From Adineta vaga (lineage: Eukaryota > Animalia > Rotifera), in contig CP075497.1 in the NCBI GenBank assembly GCA_021613535.1, positions 10,292,001-10,356,000 of the forward strand: a stretch of 64,000 bases of DNA. Reading direction: 5' to 3'. The notes beneath the pieces were generated by a model. The model saw only the letters and a list, made by a program, of their open reading frames with translations, did no database searches and was not told the origin of the DNA. Below, piece after piece: positions 1 through 11,367 of the stretch. How positions within the stretch are numbered: the first letter of the stretch is position 1; every line of letters starts with the position of its first letter. The translations under genes were made by a program, and so were the position numbers.

Positions 1-1067
1 ATGATTTTGGTCAATTTCATGAAGCAACAAACATTCCAACTAAACAAGTGACTTCACCTACTTCCACGTAAGTTTAGTTTCTACATTTGACGTTGTTATT
101 GCACCTGAGAATTGTTTTTATTTAGATCACAACCTTCAATCTGGCCAACAGCAACAGCAACAACAACAACCAATACTTCATCAGTTCCATCATCTTCGAT
201 GACATTCGATCCATTTGAAGCATTTCAACAAACATCAGCACCTTCAACTAATGTCTTACAACCAATGAATACATCATCCACAACAATTAATAACTCATCA
301 TCAAATGACTTAGACTTCTTCATGACGTCAACTCAAACGACTCAACAACCATCAACCATGTTTTTTCCTACTCAACAGCAACAAACATTCGCACGTCCAC
401 CAATGTTTTCACAACAACAGCAACAACAATCCATGGTATTTTCACCAGCACAACAACAATTTAATAGACCAAACAATAATTCATTCAATGTAAGTTTTCG
501 TAATTAATGTAATGCATAGAGAAAACAAAGAATAAAGACAAATATTAATAAAAGTATTCGAAAATACTAATTCATTATAGGCCGTATTCCCGAATTCATC
601 CCCTGCAGTAGGTCAACAACAAAATCCTTCTAATGCAGAGAAACAGGTATCATTTGCTGCTCTAACATTCTGCTGCTTCACTTAAAAAGGAATTTAATCA
701 ATAATGGGATTTCATTTTTTCATTTATCTATATTTCATAGAGAAAATCTTCTATTATATCTTTTCTAGAATACTTGGACATCGACACAAGGTAAAATTGA
801 CATATCCTTAAATAATCTTATTCCACATACTCGTGGTGATGCTCACAAATCTTCATTACCACTAAATCAACTCACTAGTCCAACTAGCCCCACAAACATG
901 GATTTTCAGCACAAATGAATAATAATAATATTAATAATAATACTCAATCGATGTTTCCCAATTCAAGTAAGAAATAATTTCATTCAATTTAGATCTTAGA
1001 ATTGTTCTTTTGTTTTCTTATAGCACTTCCGACACATGGCATAGGCAATCGTCCAATATTGAAATAA
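1..1067 (+). CDS. CLINT1: 3' part of epsin-related protein / clathrin interactor 1 (epsinR); gene starts upstream of the window
   Basis: GT-AG exons <1-67, 126-489, 581-646, 769-966, 1024-1067. They encode DDFGQF, DPF and DLDFF-type motifs, a Q/M-rich low-complexity tail, and NTWTSTQGKIDISLNNL, which resembles the epsinR TWSDPSVNISLDNL motif. As written, a TGA occurs at 916-918 (see findings). Confidence 0.65.
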
Positions 1068-1811
1068 AACAACTCACATTATTTCTATAGTTATTTATCT
1101 GAACATGTGTTAAATATGTATGTTGTGCAGAGCTTGTGTATTTATTTTCAGCGAGAAGCTTCATTGACTTATTTATTCTTTATTTACAATTGTTAACAGA
1201 CAAATTAATCGTTGTGTAATTCCTAGAAAATTATTTAGTTGTTCAGCTAAATATCATCAATCTGCATTTTCTTCGTCCTCTTATTCCTTCTCTATATTTC
1301 GTCCAATTTTTTCTTTCTGTGCACACATTCTCTAAATATTTTCTTGTTCATTGAACAGTGGAATTCTTTTTTTTTGTTTGTTGGGTTTTCTTTGACTCTG
1401 TATGAAATTACTACTATTTCTTTCTGTTTTCTTTCTTCTTACATAAAAAACAATTTATGTTACTAATTTAATGCAACAACTATGTTTCACAATGCTCGAT
1501 TGTTAAGTAGAATCAATACTAATCTGTTTTTATTATAAACAAAGAAAGAAAAAACATCCAACAAAACACGTATCAATGTATATGTTTGCAAACATAACTA
1601 TTCATAGAGATAATCTGATAAAAAAAATTTCGATCTTTTCCGATGTGGCCAGCAGCATCATAATCAGCATGTTCACGACAAATAGAAGCAATAAAACGAC
1701 TAAAATTATGATCCTGCTTAAGAAAGCATGCAGTCGTAGCGTCATCAGGAACAGCAGGAGGACAAGGAGTATTTATAAGAAGAGAAATAGCAGAGGCAAT
1801 AATGTGCATAA

Positions 1812-1900
1812 CCAATGATTTATCCAGCGGGGGCGCACGAGGACATTTGCCCTCTCGGAGCTCGTGTTTGCCCCCCTCCCCCCCTTCCCGGACCAAAAAA
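1812..1900. mobile_element. GC-rich transposon-end-like remnant (possible MITE/hAT terminus)
   Basis: Abrupt GC-rich island (GGGGGCGCACGAGG...TTTGCCC...TTTGCCCCCCTCCCCCC) in otherwise very AT-rich DNA. No partner terminal repeat or target-site duplication found. Confidence 0.25.
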
Positions 1901-2525
1901 TCTGTTGAAATTTAAAAAAGTGTATTATTTTTTCTAAAAACTATCTTTGTGAAAGATTTTCGAGAAATTTGTTGCTTAATAGCATACTTCTGAGGCAAAA
2001 TAAATTATTTTTCTAGTATAATTTAATCGTTGTGTGTGATTAGGTTCTAGTTAGATTCAGTTTGTTGTTTTCTGTATTCCTAATGTCAATGAGTTAAATT
2101 ATCGTAATTTCTTACTTTTTTCACATGTGAATGATGAGTTGAATTCATTAGATGATCTCTTATATAATAAACGATGTCACACATACAGAGATTTGTGTGT
2201 ATGTGATTTAATTAAGAATCGTATTGCAATATATTCTGTAATATGTATGTTTGATTAATTTGTTACTTTGATGTTTCATTTGAAATTAAAATGTTCTTTT
2301 GAATATTATCATTCGCAATATAAGTGTTTATTTGATATATTTTTTCCTATCTTATCTTTCGAATACATCATCACTATAATATTATTTAAAAAATGTCGAA
2401 GCAAGAAGAAAAAATCAAAGTTTAGTGATTAGAAATATTCCCTACAATTTTTATATTTATTGAATTATGTTGTTCAAACTTAAATTAATAGATCAATTCA
2501 TTTATGGAAAAATAATGATAAACTA

Positions 2526-2741
2526 ATGAAACTCTTGTCCATCATCGTCGTTGCGCTTTGTTTGATTATGCTCGTTCAACAAGGATTAGCCGGTCCAATT
2601 GCTGGTGGTATCTGTTGCACAGGTTGTTGTGCCCCTCTTGGAGCTGGCGCCGCAGCCTGTATACCATTATGCGTGGCAACACTTGGCGGTATGCCACCAT
2701 GTACGTTTTGCGCAGCTATGTTTCTTGCACCAACACCATAA
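2526..2741 (+). CDS. Small secreted Cys-rich peptide resembling the fungal/algal GPxAxGxC...LAPTP family (zygote-specific class V-like)
   Basis: Intronless 71 aa. Signal peptide MKLLSIIVVALCLIMLVQQGLA; mature part starts GPIAGGICCTGCC, has 8 Cys and ends AAMFLAPTP. More GC-rich than its flanks; AATAAA at ~2788. Confidence 0.8.
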   Translation: MKLLSIIVVALCLIMLVQQGLAGPIAGGICCTGCCAPLGAGAAACIPLCVATLGGMPPCTFCAAMFLAPTP

Positions 2742-3433
2742 ACTGAAATTCTTATTCATCACGCCAAAGGACGTCTTTCATTTCTTTAATAAAGTTTTTG
2801 TTTATTGATAATTAAATAAATCAAGAAGGGTGGGTTATAGGGATCAAAAACTCTAGGGCTGTCTCAACAGTGAAATGTCATAATTGAGATATTGAATAAA
2901 GTGAAGATGAGAATACGTTTATTCATTTTTTCCTCGGCTGTAAGAAGGGTCATATGAAAAAAAGTAGGTTGTATGTAAATTTGTTGAGGATGTGGGTGGG
3001 GTACAACTAAGATGTTATCCACTCGTTCACTCACACCAATGCCCACTGATGGTGACACGTCGCTACTGTGTTCCGTCAGATTTTAAAGGACAATGTGAGT
3101 AGTTACCATAGTAATGTTGTTGCGTAGTAGGTAGATACTCGATTTTTGGATATTAAAGACAACATTTTTTCAAGATAAGAGATACAACTAGAAAATGCTA
3201 TACATGTATATGTATGTCGTCTCTCACTGTATGGATGAAAGAAATCAAGATTTGCAAGATAATAATCTGATAAAAAAATTAAAAGTCTAGTACATTGTAG
3301 TGATAATTGTTTCTTGAATATATCTATGCTGTTTTTAGAGAGACATAAGATATTCAATTATTAAATAAAACCAATAATACCATGCATTTTTATTCAGTTA
3401 TAGATAGAAATAAAGAAAAAAAAATAAATGATT

Positions 3434-4114
3434 TCATTCTCCCAAATTATTTTGACTAACAATATCTTTTAAATCTTCATTTTCAAATAATGTTGCATGA
3501 TGACCATTTTTCCCAATATATAATATTGCACGAGCTAATGCAGTTGATGTTATAGTCCATGATGGTTTGACTAGTTTGACAACATGAACAAGAGGTTGAG
3601 CAACTCGTTCGTACCAAGCTTTGTTCGGAAGTGATTGAGAAAATATAACACCAGCTGGACGTACTGTATATGTTTCTTTGAGACCACCTTCGTTCACCAG
3701 ATCATTCTCAGTTTTACCTTTAATACGACCAAATAAAAATCGACTTTGTTCAGATGAATCAGCACCCATTCCACTAACAAACACAAATCTCATATCTGAA
3801 TTAACGCATGCAATCGCTTTAATTGCTGCGATTGTATAATCATGAGTAATTTTTATATATTCACTTTCACTTACAGCATTTTGTGAAATACCTAATGCCC
3901 AAATACATATCTGATGAGATTCAAATAAGCTTAATAATGGCTTGTAATCAAGAAAATCTGTATGAATCACAATATTGAGTTTTTCCGACGTGATACAATC
4001 ATCCAATGGTCGCCGTGTGATAATCGTTATGAGTTCAATATCTTTATCATCAATTGCTTGTCGAACACATTCAGAGCCGATTGCACCGGTGGCACCGAAT
4101 ATGATTACCTTCAT
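3434..4114 (-). CDS. NAD(P)-binding Rossmann-fold protein (atypical SDR, TIP30/Fmp52-like), microbial type
   Basis: Intronless 226 aa. GATGAIG dinucleotide-binding motif, plus IHTDFLDY, YIKITHDYT, FVFVSGMGAD, GRIKGKTENDL and VRPAGV motifs. Confidence 0.85.
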   Translation of the reverse strand: MKVIIFGATGAIGSECVRQAIDDKDIELITIITRRPLDDCITSEKLNIVIHTDFLDYKPLLSLFESHQICIWALGISQNAVSESEYIKITHDYTIAAIKAIACVNSDMRFVFVSGMGADSSEQSRFLFGRIKGKTENDLVNEGGLKETYTVRPAGVIFSQSLPNKAWYERVAQPLVHVVKLVKPSWTITSTALARAILYIGKNGHHATLFENEDLKDIVSQNNLGE

Positions 4115-4287
4115 AGTGATAACTAAAAAGAATGCAAATGATTTTATAAAAAAAATTGTTTATCAAATTGCATTTCGAAATGTATTGATATATATTTATT
4201 TAGAAATAAAAACAAACTACATGATTCTTTATAATATGGACGGAGTAATTATAGCAAAAGTGAGAATTAGCGAATAAAAAAAAATGT

Positions 4288-4916
4288 TTAAAAAAGACGG
4301 AAGAAACGATCAGTGAGGACCATATCATCGACAAATCTAAAAAAGGATTATCATCATTGACAAAAGTAATAATATCATACAAGTCGAATGTCTTACTTTG
4401 TCATTTCAGATTGAGCATGAACATGACGTTTTACGTGAGTCCACGGTTCTCTTGTTTTCAATGGCTCATCTTTATTCCACCATCCAACTATCAATAAAAC
4501 ACATAAATGTAATGAAATAAATCATTCATCTTGACATACTATCTTGAGCAGCCGTCATTGGACGTCGTGTTGCATGATGTGGACTTTGTTCACCACGTAC
4601 ATGCATAGTGCGAAGAGTATGATAATTTCTAATATTAGAAGAAAAAAAAGTATTCACATCGCAATATTTATCAAGTTCTTCTCAAGTGACTACTGGAGGC
4701 TTACAAGTTTGACACAGCTGGCGTTGTCCATTCACGTGATTGTAAGTCTCCAGTCATTTCTCGGGCTAATTGTTTTTCCAATGCACTTTTAGCTTGACCT
4801 CCTGTTGGTACTTTACGTAGTTCTGTTGAACTAGCATTCGTACCTATTGGTTCCAAACGCTTCATCGATTTAAAACGATCGTCATAACCCATCAATGTTA
4901 AATTGAAGAATGACAT
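4288..4916 (-). CDS. TEX49: TEX49/SPMIP11-like axonemal microtubule inner protein
   Basis: Exons 4916-4705, 4628-4540, 4487-4397 and 4336-4288 splice in frame: MSFFNLTLMGY...RRPMTAAQDIGWWNKDEPLKTREPW...RHVHAQSEMTKFVDDMVLTDRFFRLF*. Matches the recalled TEX49 pattern (MAFFNLYLLGY...PLTDAQNFSFWW...PW...RH...SAMTRFMD...DRTFSLY). Confidence 0.75.
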
Positions 4917-5042
4917 CGTTTATCTGAAATAAAAGCAAATATTTGTTACTAACTATTTCTAAGATGGTCAAAAAAGAAGATGAAAGACAATTATAGATGT
5001 AAACTGATATTAAGCATAAAATAAGAGTACTAAAATTTTTAA

Positions 5043-6725
5043 TTAAAGTCCTTTGTTATAATAAACATAAGGTTGATTTGTTTTTGCTTGAATTTCTTTT
5101 TCAAGTTCATTGATGGCCACCTGTTAAAATAGAACGTATAAAATAAACACTGATCATACATCGATGATATTTACTTTGGATTTTTGTGGAAATAAGGCTA
5201 TTGACATTGGTAATGCCAAGCCAAATGAAAGAGTACATGCAAGCGTATTTAATGGTATGTTTAAACGTGGAAAACGACGAAGTATATTTCTATAAAGAAT
5301 ATGAGAATTAAACCAGATTTCTGCAGACCTTTTTCTTTCAGTAAATAAAAATCTTACTTTTCAAATGCCAACATTATAAGAGGTGGAATAGAAAGGATAG
5401 GAACAGGTAAGAAAGCACGTGTCATTGCCATTTCAGTCAAAGCCTAGATATGAAAACCAAAGCATATCACCATATAAAATATGACATTTCAAATGGAACC
5501 AACCTTTTTAGCTGCAATTTGGGACACACCTATTGGTTTATTATCCTCATCGATTACTTGAATACCTTCATTCAACTCATGGAAACGCATAAATAACACG
5601 TTGCAAGTACTTGCACATGCTAGATACACGAGGTATACAAAAACAAAATATAAAAGTACATTATTTCATCATACCAACAGCAGGCAATGGTACAAATCTT
5701 TCAACAACTGTCTTCAATGTTGGTGGAAGTGCTTTTGCACGACGAATAACCATGGTTAAACCAATCTAAGATTAATCACGACATAAACGAAGTTTTGAAA
5801 AAGAAAGAAAATCATTTACAGCAATAGAAACTGATACACTAACTGCACCTAGATAACCAATAACAAATTTCGATGCTGGTGTGTGTTGTGTAGCATTTCG
5901 ATTTGCATAATTAACACCAGCATTATGACTAAGAGAAACAGACTAGAATTTCTAATGAAATCTGTATTTTATAAATACCTTTGATTTAGCCATTGCCAAA
6001 AAATAATCTGTCTCAATGATGGATTTGGCATGAAGACCAACTACAATTGGTGTACCAAATGGAACATAACCTTTGATAAATAAAAAAATCTAATGAAATC
6101 ATCAATCAATTCTCTTGAGAAAACAATCGATTGTCGCCCTTTTTTTCAACCTAACAAAAGAAAATCACGTTATCGCAAAAACAATATGTTGAAACAAGAC
6201 AACTGTTTAGATTTGTTAGCAATTTAAGCTTCTTCAGAATATAATTCATGAATAAAAACGTTAAACTTACCTGCCATTCGAAGTGGCATAAAAATTTTCT
6301 TTCCTGTATCAGGATGAACAATTGCCTGTAAGAAAATTTACAAAATAAAATCATTAACATATAAAATTATCGATAGAGATAATTACTTGTACGGTTTTCT
6401 GTGCTTCCCATAAATCTTTGTCAGTGACACCTGTTGGTAATGTTTTTGATTGATGTTGCTCGAGTAATTGTCGACATTGATTTAATTTTGCCTATACAGA
6501 AAATTAATTGATTCAATTTTGATCTATACAAAAGAAATGTAAATTCGAATTTACATCGCTGACAAGCAAAGTTCGAGGATCAATAATATCCATGAAATGT
6601 GCAAATCGTCCCCAATAAGTATTCTAATCAAAGAAAAACATCATTAATTTCAATAGGAACATTGGAAACATCAATCTTACGAGGTCATATCGGCTTTTTC
6701 CTAATTCAAATGGCGGATAAGACAT
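5043..6725 (-). CDS. SFXN5: Sideroflexin-5-like mitochondrial carrier (apparent 2-nt deletion near 6032)
   Basis: Multi-exon: [102 protein letters not shown]. Confidence 0.9.
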
Positions 6726-6981
6726 TGTGATCTGAAAAACAAATAAATAATCATTACGTTGCTACGGGCCTCTTTCATTTTTATATAAATTATTTTTTTG
6801 TTCTCTCCTTCTTCTTTGCATGTTGGAAGGCGAACGGAAAAAAAAATAAATGTCGATGTTACCTATCACAGCGGTCAAGGGCAACGATTCAAATGATGAG
6901 AACAAACATAAAAAGACTCTACATCAACAACGAGAGATAGTCACAGATCTTCTCAAACATTATTCAATTATAACACTTGAT

Positions 6982-7672
6982 ATGAAATATTGTAAATTTT
7001 CTTTTACTTTCAGAACTTTTTATCTATTTTTTCTCTCTCTCGCTTTCAACAGTTACCGATAAAAGTATTCGTGTACCATTTACACGTTGTCGTTCATGTC
7101 AACATAATCGTACAATTTATGATTTTGAACTTCAAGATCTTAATTTCGAAAAACAATCATTGTCAAAATATAAAAACCAATTATGTTTAATTGTAAATGT
7201 AGCGACATTTTGACGTGTTACATTTCAATATCTTCAATTGAATGCATTACAAGAAGAATTCTCTTCGAATAATCAATTTACAATCCTTGCAATTCCATGT
7301 AATCAATTTGGTTATCAAGAGCCAGCTGAAACGAAAATAGAATTATTAAATGGTTTAAAATATGTTCGACCAGGAAATGATTTTATACCAAAATTTCCTC
7401 TGTTTTGGATTATTGATGTCAATGGAAAGAATCAACATCCATTATACGAATATCTCAAATCGTGTATACCATCGACAAAGAAACATTTCGAAGATCATAC
7501 AATGATATTTTATGAACCACATCATTCCGACGATATTCGATGGAATTTTGAAAAATTTCTTATTGATTTCAATGGACATCCAATAATGAGATTTGATAGT
7601 GATGCTGAACCATTATTCATTCGACAATTTATTGAAAAACTTCTTCAAATGAAAAACTATATAGAAACTTAA
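6982..7672 (+). CDS. Selenocysteine glutathione peroxidase (GPx1/GPx3-type); Sec codon TGA at 7211-7213
   Basis: IVNVATF-TGA-RVTFQYLQLNALQ is in frame with the 7238-7672 ORF. Other catalytic motifs present: PCNQFGYQEP and IRWNFEKFL; also the LKYVRPG loop of tetrameric GPx. The likely first intron is 6992-7052; the start codon is uncertain (6982 or 6850). Confidence 0.92.
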
Positions 7673-7746
7673 AAGAAGCAAACAAAAAAGAAAAGAATGA
7701 AACACGAGTCGGTATTTGTATTTTATTCATTTCATTCTTCTTTTTA

Positions 7747-7790
7747 ATGATGATTTATTCGTAAACCATTATTGGACGAATAAGTCGGAT
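7747..7790 (+). promoter_or_regulatory. SECIS element (type II) in the GPx 3' UTR
   Basis: AUGAU core 7747-7751; 11-bp helix GAUUUAUUCGU/ACGAAUAAGUC with one G-U; unpaired AAA 7763-7765; mini-stem CCA-UUAU-UGG; 3' core GGAU 7787-7790. Lies about 75 nt after the stop codon. Confidence 0.92.
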
Positions 7791-8025
7791 GAGATTCAGT
7801 TTTCGTATCATTTATGTCTATTTAATGCATTCAAGTCATAAATGAAGATTAGAAAACAAAGAAATGAAATGAATAAAATCACGCTGACTAATTTATAAAA
7901 GAAAAAAGAGAATCTATTTTATCTGCACGATAGAAAAAAAGCATAGATGTCTGATAGAAAAAAAAGAAGGTAAAAATGATTAGAAAAATAATCTGGTAAA
8001 AAAAGCAATAGATATAAAAATGAGA

Positions 8026-9182
8026 TTAATTATTATCTTTGGGTGTGGTTGATTGTAAAAGCGGAGTTCCAGGAGCAGCACCTTCTTCTACAGCTGTTGG
8101 AGCTAATAGGAAATGGAATATAAGAAAATATTGATGATAGTAAATCAAGAGCATCTACCTGATTTTCGTTCTTTTAAACCCAAACGATTACGACTAGAAA
8201 TTCCACAACAAAAATAACAAATTAATATTGATGATATATCAACTGATATCATTATTAAGAGCACAGTAAAAAGAGCTACTTTTCCATGAAATGATAACGA
8301 AGGTCGATTTTGGCCTAGGAATGAAATAGCAAGAAATTTGATACGAACAATGTAATCAAGATACATACTGTATTCACAATAAGCTTCATCAACTCGATTC
8401 GGACAATTTTGAAATCGATCACATAGAAGACTACGATCAATACAATATGTATCCGTAAAGCAATCAAAACCACATGCGCTATATTTTCCTAAAATTTAGA
8501 ATATTAATTCAATCATCTCCTTTCGACATGGTAGAATAATTACTTGTTTTGATTTTTAATGGTGTAACTACCATCGAAAATTTCGATATCGGAAGCTTTT
8601 CTAATCGATAATAAAGTACTGTTAATCGTTCTGTATCCAAATAATATTCAGCACCTTCAGTTGCATTGCAATGAATAACAATCTTACAAAGAAATTCAAT
8701 CGAGACAATCAATTTAACTCTGAAGTCGTCTTACTGTTTCACCAGTTTGTGCTTCAATAATAACAGTTTCTGTTAAACATGTCGGTGGTTTCAATAAATA
8801 AATATAAAATCTAGTTGATATAGATAAATTAGCGACCAGAGATGAGTTATCGAGAACTGGCAAACAGCAACTTTGTAAGTTTAATTCACATTTACCAATC
8901 CATGGAGTTCTACATGACATATAAAAATTTCTTCGTTGAAAAACAACTATGATCTAAATACATACCCAGCATATCGAACAACGCCTGCATCTGGTATAAA
9001 TGTATTCTGAGCATTACAATATGGTCCATAGATATTCTCGAGATTAACTAAATAAAATCAAAGAAAAATCCTTGTTCATTTTCTTCATTATGAAAACAAT
9101 CAAATCTCTTCTTACAATATGTGACTTTAGCCAATGATGACGATAAAAAAAGAATAAAAAAACTATAAACTATGAACAACAT
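8026..9182 (-). CDS. Type I membrane protein with an N-terminal CUB-like region, one LDL-receptor class A module and a TM helix
   Basis: Signal peptide MLFIVYSFFILFLSSSLA; LDLa CGFDCFTDTYCIDRSLLCDRFQNCPNRVDEAYC; TM VALFTVLLIMISVDISSILICYFCC; several short introns. Confidence 0.7.
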
Positions 9183-9497
9183 CTGAAATAAAGAAAGAGA
9201 AATTGTCATTGTTGTATTTTTTTATTAATGATGAGATAACATTTCCACTTTATTTCATTTCTGAGAACAATCTATACACGACATAAAGAAAAGAACGCTC
9301 GCAGCCAAAACATAGCATTACATATCGAGACAAGAAATAATATTAATGTCAGTCGTCCAATATCATCTGACTGGAAAGAAAGAGAAGAAGAAGAAAAAAA
9401 ACAGGAATAAGCTGGATTATAAATATCTGACAAGAAAAGATCTATATTCTTTTGATTAATTAGATGTATATACATAAATCTATATAAGTTTCTGACA

Positions 9498-10768
9498 TTA
9501 TGGAAGTCGAGGATAAACGGGTTTTGTTGAATCGATAATTAATGATGTTGGTTCAGTATGTTGTTGAGGTAAAGCATCAACGACACTGGATGCAGTAAGA
9601 CCTTTCATGAGACCTGCTTCTTCACCAGAAATAACAGTAATATCACCTTCTAAACATTTGAAATTTGTATAATAGAAAATAGGAAAATATTCACGTACTT
9701 TGAAATAATTTCTGTTTCTTCGATGGATGAAAACGACGTATAATTGCATGACATGCCGCTCGACAAAAACAGCAAATCAACACTATTGTTTAGAAAACAA
9801 ATATTCGAACTGGTTACGATTTTTCTCTTTGAAAAAAAAAAACAACAGCTTACCGGTTGATACAATACAAGCCACAAACATAAAACCCAAAATAAGAAGA
9901 ATTATCAATCCAAGTGGAACATAACCTTCTCCGTATGAATCTAAATTTCAATGAAGAAAAGAAAAAGTTTTTGAAAACATTCTTTTCATCATTATGTCGA
10001 TAATTTACTTTCACAACGATATTCATCATCACCACTTGGACATTCTGTTTGTCCATTACATCGAAGTTTTCGAGCAATACACGAACGAGGATAATCTTTT
10101 GAACATTGAAAGAACTTGTCTTTATTTGTACATGGTTCTAAATAGATAACAATTTTTTTCAAAACATTACAAAGCTAATATTCATCACAAACCTTTTGCT
10201 AATGCAATAACTTGAATATCAACTACACGTCTTGATCCTGTATGACTAGTATTTCGTTTCGATGTCAAGGAAATCGAACTGCATGGCATGATAGTATCAC
10301 TTGAATTCATTCGACATTTAAATTGAATAGATGTTGGTGTCGTCTATTTCAAGAAAAATAAAACAATTCGTTTTTCTTTTCTATGAAAATCGATTGATGA
10401 ATCATACTTGATGAAGAAGTGCACTGCCTGGAAGACAGTCAACAGTTATAGTTGACGAACAATCCATTGTATGTGGAAAGTATACTGCTAAACCATTTTG
10501 TATATCGGATGACCATGGATTTGAAATATGTATTGAACAAGGATCTATTCTATCAGCGAGCGTTGGTGAAAAACTAATCAATACACCATACGTATCTGAT
10601 ATTGTGATATTTCTTTCATTTGTCCAACAATCATCAATTGAATGAATGACAACTAAAATATATCAAGTATTAAACTAAAATAAAAAAAAGAACAAAGAAA
10701 ATTAACCTACATTTATCGATCGTTGATGAAATACTTGAGATGAGACAGATAAGAATAAGAATTTTCAT
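9498..10768 (-). CDS. Type I membrane protein with one LDLa module (tandem architectural paralog of 8026-9182)
   Basis: Signal peptide MKILILICLISSISS; LDLa CTNKDKFFQCSKDYPRSCIARKLRCNGQTECPSGDDEYRC; TM VPLGLIILLILGFMFVACIVST followed by VLICCFC; tail ends KPVYPRLP*. Confidence 0.72.
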
Positions 10769-11367
10769 TTTAATCTAAAAAATAAAACAGCTTTATTAAT
10801 TAATTTCATTTTTTTAAATTTATTTTTTCATACACAAAACAACTTATTTTTAAACAAGAGCAAAAAAAATAGAAACATACATATAACATGAAGAGAACTG
10901 ATGGCAAAAAAGTGAGTGCATAAATTTATAAAGACGAATGACAGTCAATAACCAAGAGCATAAAAGATAAATAAAAATTATCATCGGATATACGCCTATG
11001 CTCAAGCGATACATTAAGATCTATCAGGACAAATAGAAAACAGAAAAATATATATAGAAACTTTGATTTTGCTCCATACATAAAATGAAGGGGAAAAGTT
11101 AGTAGATAGAAATATTTTTTTTTACTACGTTTATATACAATGACAATATAGCACTACAAAGAAGAACAAGAAAGAATAGTCACTGCAAGAAAGAAAAAAT
11201 AGGTTTTTTTGCCGAGACAGAATGTACATATAGAAAGAAAGAATTGAACCGGTATAACATTGTAATATTTCTTTTTCATAAAGGTTTTCTTTTTCTTCTT
11301 AAAAAAAAACAAACACCATCTTTTTATTGATACATACTGTTTGAAAAAAGAGTAATTTTATGGAAGA

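Noticed and set aside
1576-1818. Plus-strand 80-aa ORF overlapping 1573-1896 (-)
   Set aside because: No recognisable motifs; looks like the shadow of the opposite-strand frame.
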